From Nitrososphaerota archaeon (lineage in GTDB: Archaea; Thermoproteota; Nitrososphaeria; Nitrososphaerales; UBA57), in NCBI GenBank assembly GCA_013306035.1, contig JABUBF010000001.1, positions 12,220 through 44,219 on the forward strand: a stretch of 32,000 nt of DNA. Direction: 5' to 3'. Both the position numbers and the translations under genes were made by a program. Numbering within the stretch: position 1 is the first letter of the stretch; the number at the start of each line of letters is the position of its first letter. The notes beneath the pieces were generated by a model, which searched no databases, was not told where the DNA came from, and saw nothing but the letters and a program-made list of their open reading frames with translations. This document shows positions 8,486 to 15,878 of this stretch, piece by piece.

Positions 8486-10584
8486 TGTCCACAGAAATTA
8501 ATTTTCTTATTCCTTGGTTAGTGTTTGCCGTTCCAATTCTTGGAGCATTATTAATGCCGGTAGTTGCCCGTGCTGGTAACAAAATCAGAGATTATTATGC
8601 GGTATCTCTGACACTAATTTCTGCTATTCTTTGTGCATTGATGTTACCTCTTGCAATTGCAGGAGAAACCTTCCATCACCAAGTTATGTGGATTGCTGCA
8701 TTGGATATTACCGCCGGTGTTCTAGCTGACCCATTAAGCATACTAATGTCAAACCTCGTTGGCTGGTTATCATTCTCAATTATGATTTACAGTCTTGGTT
8801 ACATGAAGGGAGAAGAAAACATGACCAGATATTGGTTCCTGATGGTATTCTTTATCGGAAGCATGCAACTCATTATTTTCTCCGATAATTTCCTTCAATT
8901 ATTCTTTGGATGGGAAGGAGTCGGTTTATGTTCTTATGCCCTGATCAGTTTCTGGAATAAAGACCTCAAGAAAGATTATGTCGGAACTGTCGGAAAGAAA
9001 GCCTGGGGAATACCTCTTGCATTTTCGCCTACGCACGCAGGTAGCAAAGCTTTTCTTATGACAAGAGTTGGTGATGTGTCATTTCTTATTGGCATTCTTA
9101 TTCTGTTCTTCTTCTCTGGAACTTTTGATTTTGTTAAATTATCTGAAAATCATAGTTGGGCTGTAGATCTTGCACAATCAGGATTATTGATTCCTGTTGC
9201 TGTATTCATCTTCGGCGGAGCTATAGGTAAGTCTGCACAGTTTCCATTGCAAGAGTGGTTACCTGATGCTATGGCAGGTCCAACTTCTGTATCTGCTTTA
9301 ATTCACGCAGCAACAATGGTCAAAGCTGGCGTTTTTCTAATTGCACGTATTGGCCCTATTTTTATTACTGCTGTAGAAAATGTTGCTACCATAATGCCAT
9401 TCTTTGAATTTGTTGCTTGGATTGGAGCAATTACTGCATTCTTGGCGGCATCTCAAGCTATGGTGTCTAAGGAACTAAAGAAAGTTCTTGCATATTCTAC
9501 TATTTCTCAGATTGGATATATGATGCTGGCCTTTGGAGTTGCAGGGATGACTTCTAATTTTATTGCAGGTTATGTTGCAGGATTCTTCCATCTCGCTAGT
9601 CATGCAGTATTCAAGGCTGGATTATTCATGGCAGCTGGCGCAATAATCCACGCAACTCATACTAAGTATATGACTGACATGGGAGGTCTGCGTACTAAAA
9701 TGCCTATAACTTTTGTTGCGATGACGATAGCTGCTGGTTCATTAGCTGGTATTCCTCTTCTTAGCGGTTTCTGGAGCAAAGATGCAATATTAGCTTCTAT
9801 TCTTGATGTAGAAAGTTCTATGTCTCTCATCTCTCTTTACGCTATAGCAAGCATCACTGCGGTCATGACTGCGTTTTATAGCTTTAGAATGATTGGCATG
9901 GTCTTCTTTGGAAAACCAAGTAAATATATTAAAAAACTGGAATCTAGTGGTAAACATATTCGTGAAGCTCCTGTCTTAATGTATGCTCCTTATGTAGTTC
10001 TTGCAATAATTACTGTTGCCATTGGTCTAACTGGACCTACTGTTGAAGGATTCCTTGAAAATTCCTTGGCGCATCATCTTGAATACGCAGTTCATATGGA
10101 AATTCCCGAACATGTATTTTCTCTCAACCGTATTGCTGTATCGACTTCTATTATTGCTGTGTTGATTGGAGGTGGATTCAGTTATTTGTTCTACATCGGT
10201 AACCGAATGTCTCCTGACCAAGTAATTACTAGAATTCCAATTTTATCTAAGTTGCAAAGCTTTTTTGAAAATCGCTGGTACATTAATTCACTTTATTACA
10301 TCGTTTTCATTAATGGCTCCTTAAGATTGTCAAAATTCATAGATAAATATATAGAAACCGGAATTCTGTCCAAACTTAATACTGTCGTGCCTGATTATTC
10401 AATCTCCTCTTCACAAACTGGAGGTAAATTTGACAAATATGTAGTTGATGGCACCGCTACGCGTATTGCTAATCTTAATCTCTTTCTTTCCCGTAATATC
10501 AGAAAACTTCAAACAGGTATTGCCGAACAATATGTCTTCGTCTTTACAATGGGAATTATCGCATTGATAATATTGCTTGGGTGA
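8485..10584 (+). CDS. nuoL: NADH-quinone oxidoreductase subunit L (long form, 699 aa)
   Basis: FGWEGVGLCSY, KSAQFPLQEWLPDAMAGPTSVSALIHAATMVKAGVFL and GFWSKD are diagnostic of NuoL. The C-terminal amphipathic region ends in a last TM (VFVFTMGIIALIILLG). The GTG start overlaps the preceding stop (TAGTG). Confidence 0.9.
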   Translation: MSTEINFLIPWLVFAVPILGALLMPVVARAGNKIRDYYAVSLTLISAILCALMLPLAIAGETFHHQVMWIAALDITAGVLADPLSILMSNLVGWLSFSIMIYSLGYMKGEENMTRYWFLMVFFIGSMQLIIFSDNFLQLFFGWEGVGLCSYALISFWNKDLKKDYVGTVGKKAWGIPLAFSPTHAGSKAFLMTRVGDVSFLIGILILFFFSGTFDFVKLSENHSWAVDLAQSGLLIPVAVFIFGGAIGKSAQFPLQEWLPDAMAGPTSVSALIHAATMVKAGVFLIARIGPIFITAVENVATIMPFFEFVAWIGAITAFLAASQAMVSKELKKVLAYSTISQIGYMMLAFGVAGMTSNFIAGYVAGFFHLASHAVFKAGLFMAAGAIIHATHTKYMTDMGGLRTKMPITFVAMTIAAGSLAGIPLLSGFWSKDAILASILDVESSMSLISLYAIASITAVMTAFYSFRMIGMVFFGKPSKYIKKLESSGKHIREAPVLMYAPYVVLAIITVAIGLTGPTVEGFLENSLAHHLEYAVHMEIPEHVFSLNRIAVSTSIIAVLIGGGFSYLFYIGNRMSPDQVITRIPILSKLQSFFENRWYINSLYYIVFINGSLRLSKFIDKYIETGILSKLNTVVPDYSISSSQTGGKFDKYVVDGTATRIANLNLFLSRNIRKLQTGIAEQYVFVFTMGIIALIILLG

Positions 10585-12083
10585 TTATGTTGGTAGATGT
10601 TAGTTTTCCACTTATTTCCATTTTAATTGCATTGCCTATTTTAGCTGGTCTAGCAATTCCACTATTGTTTAAGAATTCTCAGAAATATATTATTCATTAT
10701 GCTATTCTTATTGCATTAATTGAATTATTCATCACTTTCTATTCATACGGTCTAATTCTCTCAAACGGCAGTGGAGGAGAATATAATTTTGTCGAGGGCC
10801 CTGTTAAAATCTTAGGTAATTTCGGTATAGATTATCTCGCTGGTATGGATGGACTTAGTGGACCTCTTGTTTTAATTACTTCAATTTTAACTCTGTTAGT
10901 TATATTCGGTTCACGTGACTTGATTGAAGATCGCAAAGTCCTTTATTTTTCTATGATATTCCTCTTTCAAGGATCAATAATGGGTGTTTTCACTCAATTG
11001 AATATGATATTATTCTATGTTTTCTGGGACCTTGTTCTCATTCCGATGTTTCTATTTATCGGAATATGGGGAGGTCCACGCAAACGTTATGCTGCTATGA
11101 AATTCTTCTTGTTTACATTTGTAGGCAGTGTTTTCATGCTTCTTGCGTTTATTCTTATTTACTTTAGTGTTTCACCGCATTCATTTAATATTCCCGAAAT
11201 AGCTGGAAAAATTCCATTAAGCTTGCAAATTATTTCTTCAGTACTTTTCTTTATTGGATTTGGTGTTAAACTTCCTGTAGTTCCATTTCACAGTTGGCTT
11301 CCCGACGCGCATGTAGAAGCTCCTGCACCAATCAGTGTATTTCTTGCAGGTCTGTTATTGAAAATGGGAGGATATGGATTTCTACGTTTTAACATAGGTT
11401 TACTTCCCGAAGCATCGGCTCAATATGCTTGGATCTTTATACTTGTTGGTATAATCACTATGTTCTATGGTGCAATAGTTGCGATTGTTCAAACTGACAT
11501 CAAAAAAATGATTGCATTGACTAGTGTTAGTCACATGGGATTTGTGTTGGTAGGTGCATTCACTGGGACTATTTTCGGAATTTCTGGTTCAGTATTCCAG
11601 ATGTTTACTCATGCTGCAGCAGTCGGACTCATGTTCATGTTATCTGGATATCTACACAAAGCTACTGGAACAAGAAATATCACAGTTATTAAAGGACTAA
11701 AATTCTCGAGTCCTAGATTAGCTACCTTGTTAATATTGGGTTCTATGGCTGCTATGTGTATTCCGATCTTTAGTAGTTTCATAAGCGAATATATGGTAAT
11801 TGTTGGCGCAATTCAAATTAATCCAATCTATGCATTAATTGTTGCTGTACCTGCTATTACTGTTGGATATTTCCTATGGATGTTAAGAAGAGTTGTAATG
11901 TCAGATCCAAAGTCAAATGTTAAAAAGTGGGATCTAAGTAATGTCTCTACTATCGCTTTAGTTCTATATCTTGTTCCATTGGTTCTTACTCTGATTGCAC
12001 CATGGTTAATTCTAGACGTCGTCAATCCATTTTCTACTGTTTATGCCGCTAATTTCAGGTTAATGTCTGGAGGTGCAGCCTAA
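10581..12083 (+). CDS. nuoM: NADH-quinone oxidoreductase subunit M
   Basis: KLPVVPFHSWLPDAHVEAPAPISVFLAG.LLKMGGYG is the canonical NuoM motif. TM12 reads FISEYM (Glu). It overlaps nuoL by 4 nt (GTGA). Confidence 0.9.
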   Translation: MIMLVDVSFPLISILIALPILAGLAIPLLFKNSQKYIIHYAILIALIELFITFYSYGLILSNGSGGEYNFVEGPVKILGNFGIDYLAGMDGLSGPLVLITSILTLLVIFGSRDLIEDRKVLYFSMIFLFQGSIMGVFTQLNMILFYVFWDLVLIPMFLFIGIWGGPRKRYAAMKFFLFTFVGSVFMLLAFILIYFSVSPHSFNIPEIAGKIPLSLQIISSVLFFIGFGVKLPVVPFHSWLPDAHVEAPAPISVFLAGLLLKMGGYGFLRFNIGLLPEASAQYAWIFILVGIITMFYGAIVAIVQTDIKKMIALTSVSHMGFVLVGAFTGTIFGISGSVFQMFTHAAAVGLMFMLSGYLHKATGTRNITVIKGLKFSSPRLATLLILGSMAAMCIPIFSSFISEYMVIVGAIQINPIYALIVAVPAITVGYFLWMLRRVVMSDPKSNVKKWDLSNVSTIALVLYLVPLVLTLIAPWLILDVVNPFSTVYAANFRLMSGGAA

Positions 12084-13533
12084 ATTGGATACTCCTCTAG
12101 TAGTTCTTGTCGTATTAACTTCGGTTGCAGTTACCTCACCACTATATGAAATGATATTTGGTAAAAAATCTCTAAAATACGTACAATATCTTACCATTCT
12201 TTCGTTGTTAGTTTCTTTGATTCTACTAATTAGTTCCACTCTATCTCTAACACCTCAAGAATCTACTGTTCCTCATCTGCTTCGTAATGACACTCTGGGT
12301 TCATTCTTCAGTTTTATAGTTATATTGGTAACATTGTTCGTTTCTATAACCTCCTTTGATTATATGAAAGGTAATCCCAATGAGCGTGTCTACTATTCAC
12401 TGTTATTATTTACAGCAATTGGAATGACTATGCTCTGCTTTGCAGTTGATCTTCTTGTTATATTTGTTGCATTTGAACTGATGAGTCTTCCAACATTCAT
12501 CTTGGCAGGATATAATAAACAAGATAAACTCTCAAATGAGGCTGCTGTTAAATTCTTTATTCTTGGCGCATTATCGTCTGGCATTCTTCTCTATGGAATA
12601 TCAATCATGTTCGGAATAACAGGTTCAACAAACCTTGAAGTAATCTCACAATCGCTTACTTCGCTCTCTCCTGATATGCTTCCGTTTGTCATATTTTCTA
12701 CTGTCTCAATGCTTGCAGGTCTTGGACTTAAATTATCAATTGTTCCATTCCATATGTGGATTCCAGATACCTATGAAGGTTCACCTACAACTGTTAGTAC
12801 ATTATTATCTGCCGCTACAAAGAAAGCTGGTTTTGCCTCGGCAATAAGAATATTTGCAGTTATATTCCCATTATTCTATTTCGATCTATCACTTGCACTG
12901 GCTATCATTGCTTTGGTAACAATGACTCTTGGTAACCTTGCCGCACTTACTCAAAAATCAATTACAAGAATGCTGGCATATTCAAGCATTGCACAAGCAG
13001 GATATCTTCTTATAGGTATAGTAGTGTTACCGTATACCAATCTAGGACTGATTGGTTTATTATATCATTCTTTCAACCATGCAATTTTACAAGCTACAGC
13101 TTTCTTAGCTGCTGGATTAGTTAGATTGAAAACTTCAAGTAGTTCTTTGGATAGTTATAACGGTCTTTCTAAAGTTATGCCTATAACTTCCTTCTGTTTA
13201 GCATTATCATTATTGGGACTTGCAGGAATTCCGCCACTGAATGGATTCTGGAGTAAATTGATATTATTTTCTGCTGCAGTTGACGGCGGATATGCTTGGT
13301 TAGCTCTTGCAGGATTAGTTAACACTGCAATATCAGTTGCATATTATTTACTAGTTATAAAACGAATGTATATGGACGAAACATCAATAAAAGCCATAAA
13401 AGAACCTCTCATATTCATCTCAGTTCTTGTATTTGCTACTGCTATAATAATAGTAACAGGTTTACTTCCAAATGTACTCTATGATATTGCCGAAGATATT
13501 ACGATCTCTTTTTTGGCTAATAATCCCGTCTAA
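12073..13533 (+). CDS. nuoN: NADH-quinone oxidoreductase subunit N
   Basis: FELMSLPTF, KLSIVPFHMWIPDTYEGSPTTVS, MLAYSSIAQAGY and GFWSK are typical of NuoN. It overlaps nuoM by 11 nt and is the last gene of the operon. Confidence 0.9.
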   Translation: MQPKLDTPLVVLVVLTSVAVTSPLYEMIFGKKSLKYVQYLTILSLLVSLILLISSTLSLTPQESTVPHLLRNDTLGSFFSFIVILVTLFVSITSFDYMKGNPNERVYYSLLLFTAIGMTMLCFAVDLLVIFVAFELMSLPTFILAGYNKQDKLSNEAAVKFFILGALSSGILLYGISIMFGITGSTNLEVISQSLTSLSPDMLPFVIFSTVSMLAGLGLKLSIVPFHMWIPDTYEGSPTTVSTLLSAATKKAGFASAIRIFAVIFPLFYFDLSLALAIIALVTMTLGNLAALTQKSITRMLAYSSIAQAGYLLIGIVVLPYTNLGLIGLLYHSFNHAILQATAFLAAGLVRLKTSSSSLDSYNGLSKVMPITSFCLALSLLGLAGIPPLNGFWSKLILFSAAVDGGYAWLALAGLVNTAISVAYYLLVIKRMYMDETSIKAIKEPLIFISVLVFATAIIIVTGLLPNVLYDIAEDITISFLANNPV

Positions 13534-14395
13534 TTGTAAAATCTGCTAAATCACGGAGAAATTCTTTTTGTTCAGACTCTTTAATCACGTCTAATGAATT
13601 CTTTGCATTTTCTGAATATACATTTGCCATTTCCTTTAATTTTGTCAGAGTCACATGTTGATTCTCTTCATTATTGTTGCTAAATTTCATCTCATTTGAG
13701 AACTTTCTGTCCATTTCCCAATCTAAAATATCATCATGAATCTGATATGCAATTCCAAGATTTACACCAAAACCCGCTAAAGCATCTATTTCTTCTTCAT
13801 TTCCGCCTCCAATAATTGCGCCTAATTTTGATGATGTCTGGAATAACGCTGCAGTTTTCTCGCTAATCACTGCTAAATATTCTACCCATGGAACTTTTCT
13901 TACATTCATGTTTAATTCTCTTTGTTCACCTTCGCACATCTTAATTGATGCTGACGATAATTCTTTCGCCACTCGTGAATCATTGTATCTTGATGCAATT
14001 TCTAGAATAATACCAAATACAAAATCAGCAGTTAAAATTGACGTATTATTTCCATATCGTTTATGGAATGAATCTCTGTCACGTCTCTTTATTTGTTCAT
14101 CAATTATATCATCATGTATTATTGATTCTGTATGTAAAAGTTCCACTGCCACCGAAGCCAAATCTGTTTTAGTGGAAGGTACACCTACAGCTTCAGCTGA
14201 TAACATTAAAATCAGCGGTCTAATTCTTTTTCCTCCATATGTTGCATACAATAAAGGTTCATGAAAACTTGACCATAAATGATCATCAAATACTTTGATC
14301 ATAGCTTTGTCAAATTTTATTATATAGCTCTTAGATCTAATTTCGAATTTTTTAATTAATTTTTCTCTATTCAATAACACATCTCCCCTTTTCAT
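13517..14395 (-). CDS. idsA: polyprenyl diphosphate synthase (probable geranylgeranyl diphosphate synthase)
   Basis: First aspartate-rich motif LLHTESIIHDDIIDEQIKRR and second motif YQIHDDILD. 292 aa. The 3' end overlaps nuoN by 17 nt (convergent). Confidence 0.85.
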   Translation of the reverse strand: MKRGDVLLNREKLIKKFEIRSKSYIIKFDKAMIKVFDDHLWSSFHEPLLYATYGGKRIRPLILMLSAEAVGVPSTKTDLASVAVELLHTESIIHDDIIDEQIKRRDRDSFHKRYGNNTSILTADFVFGIILEIASRYNDSRVAKELSSASIKMCEGEQRELNMNVRKVPWVEYLAVISEKTAALFQTSSKLGAIIGGGNEEEIDALAGFGVNLGIAYQIHDDILDWEMDRKFSNEMKFSNNNEENQHVTLTKLKEMANVYSENAKNSLDVIKESEQKEFLRDLADFTIRRDY

Positions 14396-14460
14396 TATTT
14401 ATAATTCTTGAATTACAATTTTAAAAGTTGACACTATTTATTAATACTATGTTGATTTTA

Positions 14461-14625
14461 TACCCCGCCTCTGACTGAAATAGATCATCGTTTAGGCATT
14501 AGAGCCAGTACTTACCACTCCTCTTAAATCGGGGCTATTTGTGGTCTGTCACATCGCTGGGTGGCCAAAAAATCATCAAAGTGTAAATCACACAACTTCA
14601 TAATCGGCCGTCACAATGTATTTAT
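14461..14625. ncRNA. G+C-enriched island in the idsA / cyclophilin divergent intergenic region; candidate structured RNA or leader (class unknown)
   Basis: About 165 nt that is visibly richer in G+C than the flanks (CCCCGCC, CGGGGC, GCTGGGTGGCC, CGGCCG). Short complementary segments are present, for example CCCCG 14463-14467 with CGGGG 14530-14534. No ORF of 60 aa or more on any frame. Confidence 0.2.
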
Positions 14626-14703
14626 AACCACAATTATCCAATGTTCTGCTAATTTATCTATTTTTAAAGAATTAAATAATAATTGTGTCTTTTTTTATTT
14701 ATT

Positions 14704-15315
14704 ATGTTGAGTGGAAATAATAGAATCGCCGCTATTGTTGGCGTGGTTATTTTAGTTGGAATTGGATTCTTCTTATTTAATCCATTTAATAGTAACTCAG
14801 ATAGTACGAGTGCTAGTTCTGCTCCAATAGCAGTTATAGAAACTACTTATGGCATTATAGTTATTCAGCTATTTCCTGATGTTGCTCCTGGACATGTTGA
14901 TAATTTTGTACGATTAGCTAATGAAGGATATTATGACGGAACTACTTTTCATCGAGTTATCCCTGGATTTATGATACAAGGAGGCGATCCCAATTCTAAA
15001 GATGACGATCGAAGTAATGATGGTCAGGGAGGACATTCTGCAAATGGACCAAATACCTTTGTTAATGCTGAATTTAGCCAAGACTTGACACATAAACGAG
15101 GTATATTATCGATGGCCCGAGCACAGGACCCTAATTCCGCAGGTTCACAATTCTTTATTGTTGTTGCAGATTCTAATTTCTTAGATCGACAGTATTCTAT
15201 ATTTGGTGAAGTAATCGAAGGTATGGACGTTGCCGATAAAATTGTAAATGTTAAAAAAGATTCTGCGGATAATCCTCTGGAAAAAATTACCATGAAGGTT
15301 ACTATTCGTTCTTAG
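14704..15315 (+). CDS. cyclophilin-type peptidyl-prolyl cis-trans isomerase with N-terminal membrane anchor/signal
   Basis: FHRVIPGFMIQGGDP and SMARAQDPNSAGSQFFIV cyclophilin motifs. N-terminal hydrophobic helix IAAIVGVVILVGIGFFLF followed by a Ser-rich linker. Start is ATG 14704 or upstream TTG 14683. Confidence 0.85.
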   Translation: MLSGNNRIAAIVGVVILVGIGFFLFNPFNSNSDSTSASSAPIAVIETTYGIIVIQLFPDVAPGHVDNFVRLANEGYYDGTTFHRVIPGFMIQGGDPNSKDDDRSNDGQGGHSANGPNTFVNAEFSQDLTHKRGILSMARAQDPNSAGSQFFIVVADSNFLDRQYSIFGEVIEGMDVADKIVNVKKDSADNPLEKITMKVTIRS

Positions 15316-15383
15316 AAATTATCTTTTTCAAAATCGTAATTGGATTCTTCTTATTTAATAGTACCTCTGACTCATCAGATATT

Positions 15384-15878
15384 ATGAATAATAGTTCTGG
15401 ACCAATTGCAGTTATTAAAACTAAATTTGGTGATATAAAAATTCAATTGTTTCCTGACGTAGCTCCAGGACATGTTGAAAATTTCGTTAAATTAGCTCAG
15501 GATGGATTTTATGATGGAACTACTTTCCATCGTGTAATACCTGATTTTATGATTCAAGGAGGAGACTCTAATTCTAAAAATGAAGATCGAAATACTCATG
15601 GTATTGGCGACCCTGGATATTCTATAAAGGCTGAATTTAGCAAAGACTTGACACACAAACGTGGCATATTATCAATGGCTAGAGGAACAGATCCTAATTC
15701 CGCAGGTTCTCAATTCTTTATTGTAGTAGCTGATTCAAAATTTTTGGACAAACAATATTCTATCTTTGGCGAAGTAATTGAAGGAATGGAAGTCGCAGAT
15801 AAAATTGTAGATGTTAAAAGAGATGCTAAGGAAAATCCTCTAGAAAAAATTACCATGAAGGTTACTATTCGTTCTTAA
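15384..15878 (+). CDS. cyclophilin-type peptidyl-prolyl cis-trans isomerase (no anchor, predicted cytoplasmic)
   Basis: Tandem paralog of 14704-15315 with the same catalytic motifs. It starts exactly where the linker of the upstream copy ends (SSGPIAVIKT vs SSAPIAVIET). Confidence 0.9.
   Translation: MNNSSGPIAVIKTKFGDIKIQLFPDVAPGHVENFVKLAQDGFYDGTTFHRVIPDFMIQGGDSNSKNEDRNTHGIGDPGYSIKAEFSKDLTHKRGILSMARGTDPNSAGSQFFIVVADSKFLDKQYSIFGEVIEGMEVADKIVDVKRDAKENPLEKITMKVTIRS

Noticed and set aside
13908-14264. 118-aa plus-strand ORF inside idsA. Analogous antisense ORFs occur at 15024-15293, 16254-16445, 18836-19111, 19504-19686, 21268-21477, 23002-23211, 26710-27048, 27070-27414, 28760-29038, 29092-29274, 29317-29532, 30297-30560, 30970-31212 and 31444-31860.
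   Set aside because: All are antisense to, or out of frame with, confidently assigned genes and lack recognisable motifs.
14524-14601. 25-codon minus-strand ORF (MKLCDLHFDDFLATQRCDRPQIAPI) within the G+C island.
   Set aside because: It is too short to support from sequence alone and has no recognisable motif or obvious promoter spacing. It is mentioned only as an alternative explanation for the island.
14461-14625. Box C/D sRNA, fluoride or TPP riboswitch, RNase P or SRP RNA as the identity of the G+C island.
   Set aside because: The minus strand has UGAUGA but no CUGA box D at a suitable distance. The plus strand has CUGA twice but no box C. Partial resemblance to the fluoride motif (AAUGCC...GAUGA) lacks the required stems. 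No RNase P (GGAAAGUCC) or SRP helix-8 motifs are present, and the element is too short. It is therefore left unclassified.
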